NCBI GenBank assembly: GCA_964469405.1
Contig: CAYXYP010000003.1
Span: 2,573 to 66,572, forward strand
From: an uncultured Candidatus Saccharibacteria bacterium
GTDB taxonomy: Bacteria > Patescibacteriota > Minisyncoccia > Phycocordibacterales > Phycocordibacteraceae
Length of the DNA: 64,000 nucleotides
Direction: 5' to 3'
The notes below the pieces were generated by a model, which worked only from the letters and a program-made list of their open reading frames with translations, did no database searches and was not told where the DNA came from. Of the stretch, positions 19,987 to 28,903 are shown in pieces; the stretch's first letter is position 1; each line of letters starts with the position of its first letter. Both the position numbers and the translations under genes were made by a program.

Positions 19987-20964
19987 ATGCGATCGTTCTG
20001 GACTCAACTGCCGAAACCATTTTTTGTCATGGCACCAATGGCAGACGTGACTGATGCCGCGTTTCGGCAATTGGTCGCAAAACGCGGTGCGCCTGATGTA
20101 TTCTGGACCGAGTTTGTCTCAGCGGACGGTCTCTACCATACGCGAGAGATTAAAGAAATGAAGGACGAAGAAAATCCGCTCATGGGTATCCTTGCGAAGA
20201 GTGCTGCTGAGCGGCCAATTCTCGCACAGATATTTTCAGCGAAGCCGGAGATGATAACGTATGCGACGAAGCTCGTCGCAAGTCTTGGCTTCGATGGCGT
20301 CGATCTCAATATGGGTTGTCCCGATCGTGCCATTGAGCGGCAGGGCGCGGGTGCCGCACTCGTCCAAAATCCTGTGCTTGCCGCAAAACTTATCCGAGTG
20401 GCACAGGAGGCGAGTGATCTCCCGGTTTCGGTGAAAACGCGTATCGGTTACGCCGTCGAGTCACTCGACGAGTGGCTCATTGCACTTCTTGAAACGTCGC
20501 CGGCTGCTATTACGCTCCATTTGCGGACACGAAAGGAAATGTCGCTCGTACCGGCTGATTGGGAACTCATGAAAAAGGCAGTAGAAATTCGTAATCGCGT
20601 TAACCCGGCAGTACTCCTCATTGGTAACGGTGATGTTCAGGATATTGAAGACGCACGAGCCAAGATTGCTGAGTCGGGTTGTGATGGCGCGATGCTTGGT
20701 CGAGCGATGTTTGGTAACCCATGGGTTTTTGCTGGGCGTAAGAGCGGTAATACTTCGCGCGCACTTTTGCTTGCAGCGCTTGTCGAGCTTGCTCAAAATT
20801 TCGAAAAGCTCATGCCGCACAAGAATTTTTCAATACTCAAGAAGCATATTAAGGCGTTCGTTACTGGTTTCGATGGCGCTGCCGAGCTTCGTGCCAAGCT
20901 TATGGCAACAGACTCCGCTGATACTCTTACTGCGGTCATCGCGCAACATGCCGAGAGAGCATGA
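19987..20964 (+). CDS. tRNA-dihydrouridine synthase
   Basis: FVMAPMADVTDAAFRQL, LNMGCP and a TIM-barrel Dus signature. Confidence 0.85.
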   Translation: MRSFWTQLPKPFFVMAPMADVTDAAFRQLVAKRGAPDVFWTEFVSADGLYHTREIKEMKDEENPLMGILAKSAAERPILAQIFSAKPEMITYATKLVASLGFDGVDLNMGCPDRAIERQGAGAALVQNPVLAAKLIRVAQEASDLPVSVKTRIGYAVESLDEWLIALLETSPAAITLHLRTRKEMSLVPADWELMKKAVEIRNRVNPAVLLIGNGDVQDIEDARAKIAESGCDGAMLGRAMFGNPWVFAGRKSGNTSRALLLAALVELAQNFEKLMPHKNFSILKKHIKAFVTGFDGAAELRAKLMATDSADTLTAVIAQHAERA

Positions 20965-21051
20965 GTAGAGGATATTCACTTGTCGTTCGACTCGCTTGGC
21001 AGTAAACTTCTTTCTAGACACACCTGAACATTTTAAGAAAGGAGGTTATGT

Positions 21052-21354
21052 ATGGTGCTTCCCATGCACGGGAAAGAACGGCTGCAATTCGGTAATATCA
21101 GGCACATTCTTCTCGCACAGCAAGCGCACCTTCGTACACTGTATGCTGAGAAGTTTGAGCTTCAACGCATTCTTTTGAGTCTCGGTGTTACCTATGATCA
21201 AAAGTTCAAGCGCATGATTGTCCCTAAGAAAGGTAACGGACGGTACCAGCACGTCTTCAGAAAACTTTTGAACATCCAGGTGGAAATTAACTCCGTCCAC
21301 CGAATTATTCAGATGAAACAAGCTGAGATATTCTTCTCACAAATGGCCGACTAG
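21052..21354 (+). CDS. Hypothetical small protein (100 aa)
   Basis: Strong RBS AAAGGAGGTTATGTATGG. Ends inside a terminator palindrome. AT-rich islet. Confidence 0.45.
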   Translation: MVLPMHGKERLQFGNIRHILLAQQAHLRTLYAEKFELQRILLSLGVTYDQKFKRMIVPKKGNGRYQHVFRKLLNIQVEINSVHRIIQMKQAEIFFSQMAD

Positions 21355-21383
21355 AGAATCTAGTCGGCCATTTAATTTTTTTT
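21345..21383 (+). terminator. Rho-independent terminator (palindrome copy 1)
   Basis: GGCCGACTAGAGAATCTAGTCGGCC followed by ATTTAATTTTTTTT. Confidence 0.75.
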
Positions 21384-21445
21384 GACAAAAAGTAGTACTA
21401 GAGCATAATAGAGACAGAAGGCGAAAAACTAACTAAGGAGGGGCT

Positions 21446-22057
21446 ATGTTTATCATCAGCAGCATTCTTGATCAATGGTTCGATGAACGGACAAAGGTAT
21501 GCATAGACCCTCTTCGGGAAGTACGAGCACATTTCAGCGAGTCGTTGAGATATCACATAAAAGAATCTCAACAAGAGGTGCCAGGATCTTATGGAATCGA
21601 TTTCTGTGCCTCGCGAAAGACTGGCCAGCGTACCGTGTATCCGGAAATCTATTGGGAGACTCAATTCGGATTCGTACTGTTTGTACGAGAGGCATCGGGG
21701 TATACGCCCATTGCTTCGATTGGTTTCGAAAAGAAATCGACGTATCTTTTCGTCCGGCAATTACAAGGTGTCAAGGGCATGAAGAAATTTCTTTGCCCAC
21801 TCCATTGGGAAAAGCTCTTGTATGTAACTGTCGTCAAATTTGCTCGCGAACTGGGACTAAAAGAAGTGCGTGTATGTCCCGCGGAAAAATCGAATTATCA
21901 TCCATTTGGAAATTCAGAATGTGCTAGAGGGCTCACACTTAGTGAATGTGCACAGCGCGCGGAACGGCTCCATCTCATATACAACGTGACGCCAAAAAAA
22001 TGCGGATTTATATGGGACGAGGATTCGCGTACGCATACCTATGTACTCCCGGAATGA
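21446..22057 (+). CDS. Hypothetical protein (203 aa)
   Basis: RBS AAGGAGGGGCT-ATG. No recognisable motif. AT-rich. Confidence 0.45.
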   Translation: MFIISSILDQWFDERTKVCIDPLREVRAHFSESLRYHIKESQQEVPGSYGIDFCASRKTGQRTVYPEIYWETQFGFVLFVREASGYTPIASIGFEKKSTYLFVRQLQGVKGMKKFLCPLHWEKLLYVTVVKFARELGLKEVRVCPAEKSNYHPFGNSECARGLTLSECAQRAERLHLIYNVTPKKCGFIWDEDSRTHTYVLPE

Positions 22058-22209
22058 GCGGTGCAAACGGCCACTTCTAAGAAGTGGCCGTTTATATAAT
22101 GCATATTGAAAATTCTTTATAGGACACAATTGGTATTGTCTTTGCAAAAAATGCGGCAAGCGAGTAGGCTAGCCCGAGGAGACACTTGTACATTCTAAAA
22201 GGAGGTTAC

Positions 22210-22662
22210 ATGGCACTTTTCGCAAGGAAGATATGTGGGTCTGTATCTGTTACGGATTCTAACAAACACCACATCTCTCTGGTTGAGATTGCTAATCAAA
22301 ACAGTACTTTTTTGGAGTTCATATTGTTCATCAAAATCGTCTCTTCTGTCAAAATCCATCCAGCGAAAAAGAAAGCTGTTATTATCCGCCTCATGTATCT
22401 CGAGGAAAAAGAAGTTGACAAGGCTATCCGACGATATTTCTCTCCGCATGGGGGAGTAGCGGAAAATGTCCCAGGAATTAACGACGAACGGTGGAAAGTA
22501 GTACGACCGTGGTTCCTCGGACTGGCAAATATTACAAAAAGAAAGTCCGGTTGGATAAGAATCCATAAATCTTATCATTTTTCGCGGCCGAAATCCGGAA
22601 CTCGGTTTTTTGGTCGCTATGCTCCCCAGCGTGTTTTGTTATTGATTGAGGGTAAAAAGTAA
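22210..22662 (+). CDS. Hypothetical protein (~150 aa)
   Basis: Its RBS AAAGGAGGTTACATGG is nearly identical to that of the 21052 ORF. Followed by palindrome copy 2. Confidence 0.4.
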   Translation: MALFARKICGSVSVTDSNKHHISLVEIANQNSTFLEFILFIKIVSSVKIHPAKKKAVIIRLMYLEEKEVDKAIRRYFSPHGGVAENVPGINDERWKVVRPWFLGLANITKRKSGWIRIHKSYHFSRPKSGTRFFGRYAPQRVLLLIEGKK

Positions 22663-22688
22663 TAACGCCGCAGCTTTGTGGATAATAT

Positions 22689-22722
22689 CGGCCGACTAGG
22701 GAATCTAGTCGGCCGTTTTCTA
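22689..22722 (+). terminator. Rho-independent terminator (palindrome copy 2)
   Basis: CGGCCGACTAGGGAATCTAGTCGGCCG + TTTTCTATT. The stem is near-identical to the 21345 copy. Confidence 0.7.
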
Positions 22723-22814
22723 TTAATGTAGTCAGCGTCGGAAATCTGCTGATTTCCGACGTGATTTCTGCTCGTTTGGGTGCAAACGAAAAAATCAAGT
22801 ATACTCAAAGGATT

Positions 22815-23840
22815 ATGGCGCACCAGTCTCTTTATCGCATTCATCGGCCTGCCACGTTTGCGGATGTCGTGGGGCAGGAGCAGGTCACAAAGCCGCTTGA
22901 GGAAGTGGCCAAATCTAAGAAGATTGGACATGCGTATCTCTTCGCTGGCTCACGTGGTCTTGGGAAGACCTCAGTCGCGCGCATATTCGCGAGCGCTATT
23001 GGCTGTACCGAAAATGATTTGTATGAAATTGATGCAGCAAGCAATAACAGTGTGGAAGATATTCGCACTCTCACCGAGGGTGTGTACACGTTACCGTTTC
23101 AGTCACCCTACAAGGTGTACATCCTCGACGAAGTGCACATGCTCTCCAAGGGCGCATGGAACGCGTTCTTGAAGACGCTTGAGGAGCCGCCTGCGTACGC
23201 CGTTTTCATTCTCGCGACAACCGAGCTTGAGAAAGTTCCTGAGACGGTTCAGTCGCGTTGCCAGGTGTTCGAATTCAAGAAACCGACGCGCGCAGTTCTG
23301 GCTAAAATGACTGCGGCTGTTGCGAAAAAAGAAGGATACACGCTAGCACCGGATGCCGCCGATTTAATTTCGATGCTTGCTGAGGGTTCGTATCGCGATG
23401 CGCTTTCGGTCTTGCAGAAAGTTTTTGCGGCGACCGAGGGTAAAACATTATCGCGTGAGACTGTCGAGGTAGCGACTAGCACACCGAAGAAGGAGCAGGT
23501 ACATGCGCTCATAAGTGCGCTCGCCGCAGGTGATCGGGGCTCGGCCCTTACGGCCATCGAGCGAGCGGGGAAATCGGGTGCAGATATGAAGCTCTTTTTG
23601 GAACTTGTGCTCGAGGCGCTCCGTGCTACGCTCCTTATTCGTTATGCGGCGGATCTTCGCGCCTCGCTCTTAGAAGAGCTCGGCGCGGACGAATTTTCTG
23701 CGCTCGAAAAATTTGCCAGTGAAAAGGGAATCACTCACGCGACCATGCTCGCTTTCCTTAATGCTGCCGAGCGCATTCGCTACGCGCCTATTCCGGCACT
23801 TCCGCTTGAGCTTGCCGTTCTCGAACTCTTTGCTGAATGA
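22815..23840 (+). CDS. dnaX: DNA polymerase III subunit gamma/tau (short form)
   Basis: ATFADVVGQEQV...YLFAGSRGLGKTSVARIFA (Walker A), ILDEVHMLS and SRCQVFEF (sensor region). 341 aa. Confidence 0.9.
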   Translation: MAHQSLYRIHRPATFADVVGQEQVTKPLEEVAKSKKIGHAYLFAGSRGLGKTSVARIFASAIGCTENDLYEIDAASNNSVEDIRTLTEGVYTLPFQSPYKVYILDEVHMLSKGAWNAFLKTLEEPPAYAVFILATTELEKVPETVQSRCQVFEFKKPTRAVLAKMTAAVAKKEGYTLAPDAADLISMLAEGSYRDALSVLQKVFAATEGKTLSRETVEVATSTPKKEQVHALISALAAGDRGSALTAIERAGKSGADMKLFLELVLEALRATLLIRYAADLRASLLEELGADEFSALEKFASEKGITHATMLAFLNAAERIRYAPIPALPLELAVLELFAE

Positions 23841-24640
23841 AGGGAGATATAATTCGTTTTTCAGTACTCGGCATTGTTCTCGCAATAGCGGGTGGAGGTC
23901 TCTACTATCAATATCAAAACTCCCGCCCCTGTACTCGTCCGATCTCATACGCCATTGGTGCGGTTGACGCACGTTTTGGCATCACGAAATCGGCACTCAT
24001 TAGTGATACTGAGGTTGCTGCGGCTATCTGGAATAAAGCGATGGGGAAGACTCTACTTGCTTATGACCCGAATGCGGCATTGAAAATTAGCTTTATCTAT
24101 GACGAGCGTGAGGCGAGTGCCAAACTTGGCGCAAAGATTCTTCAGCAACAAGAAGATTTGGATAGTGCGCGAGCAGCTCTCGACGCTGAGCAATCGCGAT
24201 TCGTTACAGAGCAATCGGCGTACAATCAAACCGTGAAGACTATAAATGCTCGCGGAGGAGCCACTCCTAGCGAGGCCAGAGATCTTTCAAAGCAACAAGA
24301 ATCTCTAAAACAACTTGCGGACTCGATCAATAATCGGGTCGCAAGCTTCAACACAAGTGTTACGGCGCTGAATGCCGTGACTGCAGAGTACAATCAGAAT
24401 ACTGGACATACCTTCGAACAGGGGAAGTACGTTCGAGATTCAGCGGGGGAGCGCATCAGTATTTTTGAATTCATTGGTGAGGCACAACTCAAGCGCGTAC
24501 TCGCGCACGAGTTTGGACATGCGATTGGTCTCGACCATAACAATGATTCCAAATCCATCATGTTCGCCAAGAACGAGAGCGGTAACCTGGTTCCGACTCA
24601 ATCCGATCTCTCCGCGCTTCAGGCTGTCTGCGGGACGTAA
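23837..24640 (+). CDS. Membrane-anchored zinc metalloprotease, matrixin-like (M10)
   Basis: N-terminal TM helix. HEFGHAIGLDH zinc-binding motif (HExxHxxGxxH) followed by a Met-turn SIMF. Confidence 0.7.
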   Translation: MKGDIIRFSVLGIVLAIAGGGLYYQYQNSRPCTRPISYAIGAVDARFGITKSALISDTEVAAAIWNKAMGKTLLAYDPNAALKISFIYDEREASAKLGAKILQQQEDLDSARAALDAEQSRFVTEQSAYNQTVKTINARGGATPSEARDLSKQQESLKQLADSINNRVASFNTSVTALNAVTAEYNQNTGHTFEQGKYVRDSAGERISIFEFIGEAQLKRVLAHEFGHAIGLDHNNDSKSIMFAKNESGNLVPTQSDLSALQAVCGT

Positions 24641-24727
24641 CTAATACCTGCAGATAGAATTGAATTATCAACATTCGAACTGTTAGATATAGGCCACTAG
24701 GCATATGTCCATGATACGATTGTCAGG

Positions 24728-25282
24728 ATGAAAAATCTCCCAAAAGAAAAGGAGCACGCAATTCAACTTCGCAAGCAGGGAAAAACATACGGAGAGATTG
24801 CGAAGAAAATTAAAATTGCAAAATCCACACTCTCTTTGTGGTTACGGAAAGTTGAAGTGTCCGCAGAATTTATTACCCGCCTTCGCCAAAAGAAATTAGA
24901 TGCCGTTAGACTTGGCTGGGCGGCGCGGAGGAAAGAGCGCATTGATAGAACTCAGCGGGTTACCGTATCAGCTCGAAAAGAAGTTAAGCAGCTTATGCGT
25001 GACCCTCTCTGGCTTGTCGGAGTAACGCTCTATTGGGCGGAAGGGCATAAGGAGAAACTTTGGCGTCCTGGAGCACTTGTCACCTTTACGAACATGGACG
25101 AGAACACAATTGTTCTTTTTATGGGTTGGTGTCGTCAGTTTTTGTCCGTGGCTAGAGATGGCTTTATCTGCAGTCTTTATATTCATGACTCGCATAAGGC
25201 GCGCGCTACTGAAGTGCAGAAATGGTGGGGGTGGCAACTTTCAATTTTCAATAAATCCCAAAAATATCACAGTATATTATAA
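24728..25282 (+). CDS. Hypothetical HTH-domain protein
   Basis: N-terminal HTH (GKTYGEIAKKIKIAKSTLSLWLRK) resembling transposase/terminase-type HTH. Trp-rich C-terminal domain of unknown function. AT-rich region next to tRNA-Gln. Confidence 0.45.
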   Translation: MKNLPKEKEHAIQLRKQGKTYGEIAKKIKIAKSTLSLWLRKVEVSAEFITRLRQKKLDAVRLGWAARRKERIDRTQRVTVSARKEVKQLMRDPLWLVGVTLYWAEGHKEKLWRPGALVTFTNMDENTIVLFMGWCRQFLSVARDGFICSLYIHDSHKARATEVQKWWGWQLSIFNKSQKYHSIL

Positions 25283-25459
25283 AAAACATACCTTAAAACA
25301 TGTGCGACATAACGATGCTGCCGACTATCATGGTGTTTTCCGTGTTCGGGTGAGAAAAAGTGTGGATATGAATCGACGAATTGCTGGTTGGACATCCGAA
25401 CTAGTACGTTCGCTTAAAAATAAAAATGAGTTAGCATAGAGTATGCTCGTGCCCAGGGC

Positions 25460-25533
25460 TGGGGGATCGTCTAAAGGTAGGACAGCGCCCTTTGAAGGCG
25501 TGAATCGGGGTTCGATTCCCTGTCCCCCAGCCA
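25460..25533 (+). tRNA. tRNA-Gln (anticodon TTG) with encoded CCA
   Basis: Acceptor TGGGGGA/TCCCCCA, anticodon arm GCGCC-CTTTGAA-GGCGT (UUG), T-arm CGGGG-TTCGATT-CCCTG, discriminator G, CCA. Confidence 0.8.
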
Positions 25534-25564
25534 TGAGCAGGAGTTCAGTGCGAGGCGATTCCAA

Positions 25565-25575
25565 GTCCCCCAGCC
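25565..25575. repeat. 11-nt direct repeat of the tRNA-Gln 3' end
   Basis: GTCCCCCAGCC at 25522-25532 (tRNA 3' end) and again at 25565-25575. Confidence 0.5.
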
Positions 25576-25708
25576 GAATTGAAGTTTTTTCCAAGCGAAG
25601 CGATCCATTAGAAAAAAGCTTCAATTCGCTTCGCAGTGCCGTCGCAGGCACAAGAAGGTATTGAAGTATTATTGAGGCAGGTTCGGACTCTGAGGAGGGT
25701 CTAGACGT

Positions 25709-26083
25709 ATGAAAACTTATAAAAATATAAATGAATATATAACAGATCTTCCAAAGGATTTTCTCTTAAAGCTGAAGGAAATACGATTTATAGTTAAGAA
25801 ACTTGTTCCTAATGGAGAAGAGACTATAAGTTATGGCATGCCGACAATAAAACTGAATGGGAAAAATTTTATCCACTTTGCTTCAATGAAAGGGCATTTG
25901 GGTTTTTATCCAACACCATCCGGGGTAAAGGTTTTTGAAAGTCAACTTAAGAAGCTAGGAATTGGCTATTCAAAAGGTTGCATTAGATTTTCTTATGATA
26001 AACCACTTCCAGTTTCACTTATAACGAGAATAATTACATTCCGTTTAAAGGAAGAAAAAATAAGGAATAAGAATACAGTTTGA
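25709..26083 (+). CDS. DUF1801 (YdhG-like) domain protein
   Basis: GMPTIKLNGKNFIHFASMKGHLGFYP matches the DUF1801 core. AT-rich gene. Confidence 0.6.
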   Translation: MKTYKNINEYITDLPKDFLLKLKEIRFIVKKLVPNGEETISYGMPTIKLNGKNFIHFASMKGHLGFYPTPSGVKVFESQLKKLGIGYSKGCIRFSYDKPLPVSLITRIITFRLKEEKIRNKNTV

Positions 26084-26208
26084 ATGGGAATGGGCTTAGG
26101 TAGCTTCATACTTGAAGGGAGATGGGAGACAGGAATTATTCACCGATGCGCGAATACTCTTTAATTCCTTAGACTGGCGGATGTCCCCATTGGTCCTATA
26201 AGGGGTAA

Positions 26209-27135
26209 TTGATCCCTTTTTGTGCGGTGTACTATACTGTAATCATTGTGACGCATCAGGTACTGCTTTTCTATAAATACGTGACGGTCGAAAACCCGGA
26301 AGCATTAAAGGGCTGGGTGACTACGCGCGCGAAAGCACTTGGTCTTACCGGCAGGGTGATTGTTGCGGAGGAGGGTATTAATGGCACGCTCGAAGGTACG
26401 CTTCAGAATACGAATACATTTAAGGATGAGTTACTACTTGATTCGCGTTTCAGTGATATACAAGTCAAAACAAGTACCAGTCATGGCGATTCATTCCCAA
26501 AACTCTCGGTAAAAGTACGTGACGAAATCGTAGGTACTCGCTTTGATAAGAATACGGTAGATCCGCGTAAAGAGACGGCACGGCATCTGCGGCCCGAAGA
26601 ACTCCGTGCATGGTACGAAAATAAAAAAGACTTCGTGGTCGTCGATATGCGAAACGATTACGAATTCCTGTCAGGGCATTTTAAGGATTCAATAAATCCA
26701 AAACTCGATAACTCTCGTGATCTACCCGCGGCTATTTCGCGACTTGAACCGCTCAAGGACAAGACCGTGCTCACGGTATGTACAGGCGGAGTGCGCTGCG
26801 AAAAAATGTCCGCGTATCTTCTCACGGAGGGATTCAAAGATGTCTATCAGCTGGATAACGGTATACACGGATATATGGAAAAATACCCTGGCCAAGATTA
26901 TCTCGGCACGCTCTATACATTTGATCAACGCCTCACGATGGATTTCGGTGGCGATCGCGAAATCATCGGACGGTGTCTTCTCTGTGATGCCCAGACTGAA
27001 TTGTATGTAAACTGTTCCGACAATATGTGCCATCTACACTTCCTTGCTTGCGAAGCGTGTCAGAAGGAAAGTGGAACGTTCTGTTCACAAGAATGTTCGC
27101 GTAACGTCACACTCTTGATGGAGGTTTCGAGCTAG
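26209..27135 (+). CDS. trhO: Rhodanese-domain protein, TrhO/YceA (UPF0176) family (tRNA U34 hydroxylase-like)
   Basis: LLFYKYV...GRVIVAEEGINGT..., a rhodanese domain with CTGGVRCEK, and a C-terminal Cys cluster. Confidence 0.75.
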   Translation: MIPFCAVYYTVIIVTHQVLLFYKYVTVENPEALKGWVTTRAKALGLTGRVIVAEEGINGTLEGTLQNTNTFKDELLLDSRFSDIQVKTSTSHGDSFPKLSVKVRDEIVGTRFDKNTVDPRKETARHLRPEELRAWYENKKDFVVVDMRNDYEFLSGHFKDSINPKLDNSRDLPAAISRLEPLKDKTVLTVCTGGVRCEKMSAYLLTEGFKDVYQLDNGIHGYMEKYPGQDYLGTLYTFDQRLTMDFGGDREIIGRCLLCDAQTELYVNCSDNMCHLHFLACEACQKESGTFCSQECSRNVTLLMEVSS

Positions 27136-27162
27136 TTCTATAGATAATATATACTGATAATT

Positions 27163-28071
27163 ATGACTAAAATAATACTGTATGTTTTTGTGGCGCTCGC
27201 CTTGATTGCTGGGTTTTTTTCTTTCACTAACTATAAGCAGTCAACTACGACAAATGACTACAAAAGTATTGAGTATGTCATCGACGGGCAGCATATAAAG
27301 CTTGTTAATGGGGTGTCTGAAATTCCAGCTGCTCCCGGCTCGGCGTCAAAGATAGTGACGCGATATTTCGGCAATGAAGTGCGCCACGACCTCAATGGGG
27401 ATGGGAAAGAGGATATTGTGTTTCTCGTGACGCAAAGTACTGGAGGAACCGGGACTTTCTATTACGTCGTCGCGGCACTTGCTATGCCTAATGGTGGGTA
27501 TGTTGGTTCACAAGCATTGCTCTTGGGTGATCGCATAGCTCCACAGACCACTGGAATGAGTAGGGAGGTTGGTAAGGAAAATATCGTCGTCGTTAATTAC
27601 GCAGACCGGAAACCCGGAGAAAGTTTTGCCGAGCGTCCATCGATGGGAAAGAGTATGTGGTTAAAACTTGATCCCGAGACCATGCAGTTTGGCGAAGTTG
27701 TGCAAAATTTTGAAGGCGAAGCCGATCCGAGTCGCATGTCTCTGTCCATGAAAACGTGGGTATGGGTACGTGCGGTCTACAATGATGGCAAGATAGTCAC
27801 CCCGAAAAAATCGCAAGCGTTTACTATTACCTTTGACAAGGATGGAAGATTTTCCGCCACCACAGATTGCAATGGAGTAGGAGGCAATTACACGGTCAAA
27901 GACAACAAAGTCTCTTTCGGCGATATGATGTCAACCCTTATGGCTTGTGAAGCCTCAGAAGAGGCGGTATTTACTAAACTTATTAGCGAGTCACAGACGT
28001 ATCACTTCACCTCAAAAGGAGAACTTATCCTTGGTCTAAAATTCGACAGTGGCTCCGTTATTTTTAGGTAA
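27163..28071 (+). CDS. Membrane-anchored protein with a C-terminal META/HslJ-like domain
   Basis: N-terminal TM. C-terminus CNGVGGNYTVKDNKVSFGDMMSTLMACEASEE...LILGL resembles the META domain (DUF306). Confidence 0.55.
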   Translation: MTKIILYVFVALALIAGFFSFTNYKQSTTTNDYKSIEYVIDGQHIKLVNGVSEIPAAPGSASKIVTRYFGNEVRHDLNGDGKEDIVFLVTQSTGGTGTFYYVVAALAMPNGGYVGSQALLLGDRIAPQTTGMSREVGKENIVVVNYADRKPGESFAERPSMGKSMWLKLDPETMQFGEVVQNFEGEADPSRMSLSMKTWVWVRAVYNDGKIVTPKKSQAFTITFDKDGRFSATTDCNGVGGNYTVKDNKVSFGDMMSTLMACEASEEAVFTKLISESQTYHFTSKGELILGLKFDSGSVIFR

Positions 28072-28126
28072 GTTTTACCTAACTCAGACATTTTATTTCC
28101 GATGATAATTGCGCTAGTATAGTGAA

Positions 28127-28414
28127 ATGAATTTCAAAATAAACAAAACCCTATTGATATGGGGGAGTGTTGTGGCGACCGTCGTGATAAGTATTTCTAT
28201 CGTCTGGAGCACGTTCACTTCGAGCAGTTTCCGGTGCCCAAATGAATACGGAACAGCAGAACAATATATTACGGGAGTGACGGAGTGGGCGAGCGGACAG
28301 CTGGCAGGCTCGCCGAATATGACAAAGGAAGAGTTATTGAGTGAGCGGCAAAGATTATTTAAGGAGCACCACTGCGAGTCGTCGCGCTGGCCAACTCTGC
28401 CAAACGGACTCTAA
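28127..28414 (+). CDS. Hypothetical small membrane-anchored protein
   Basis: 95-aa ORF with an N-terminal TM helix. No known domain. Confidence 0.35.
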   Translation: MNFKINKTLLIWGSVVATVVISISIVWSTFTSSSFRCPNEYGTAEQYITGVTEWASGQLAGSPNMTKEELLSERQRLFKEHHCESSRWPTLPNGL

Positions 28415-28444
28415 AAAAGCGCTATCTACCTTGGCTCCTGATTT

Positions 28445-28891
28445 GTGAAGGAATTTCTAAAATTGTTCCCATTATTTACTCGATATCGCATCGTACGTGT
28501 CAGGCGGCGTCGCAAAAGTACTCGTGGATCGCGGAAGCACTATCTCCAACATAAAGAGGCTGCCCGGACGTTAGTCATGCAGAAACTTGAGCAATTCAAT
28601 CAGCATTACGCTCTCTCATGGGGGAAGGTCGCTATCAGGAATCAAAAGACACGTTGGGGCAGCTGTTCAAAAAAAGGCAATTTGAACTTTCATTACCGTA
28701 TCGCTTTCCTTCCCGAATTGCTTCAAGATTACATTATCGTGCACGAGCTGTGTCACTTGAAGATGTTTAATCACTCACAAGATTTCTGGAATTTGGTTGC
28801 TGAACGAATTTCCAATTATCGGGAGTGTCGCAAAGGTTTACGGAAATTCAGTACCAGGAGTATGTCGACAGTAGAGCCTCCCCTGTTCTGA
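28445..28891 (+). CDS. YgjP/DUF45-like metal-dependent hydrolase (SprT-like HExxH)
   Basis: YIIVHELCHLKMFNHSQDFWNLV is the DUF45/YgjP HExxH signature. Only the C-terminal half of the family appears to be present. Confidence 0.55.
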   Translation: MKEFLKLFPLFTRYRIVRVRRRRKSTRGSRKHYLQHKEAARTLVMQKLEQFNQHYALSWGKVAIRNQKTRWGSCSKKGNLNFHYRIAFLPELLQDYIIVHELCHLKMFNHSQDFWNLVAERISNYRECRKGLRKFSTRSMSTVEPPLF

Positions 28892-28903
28892 TATAATCTC
28901 TGC

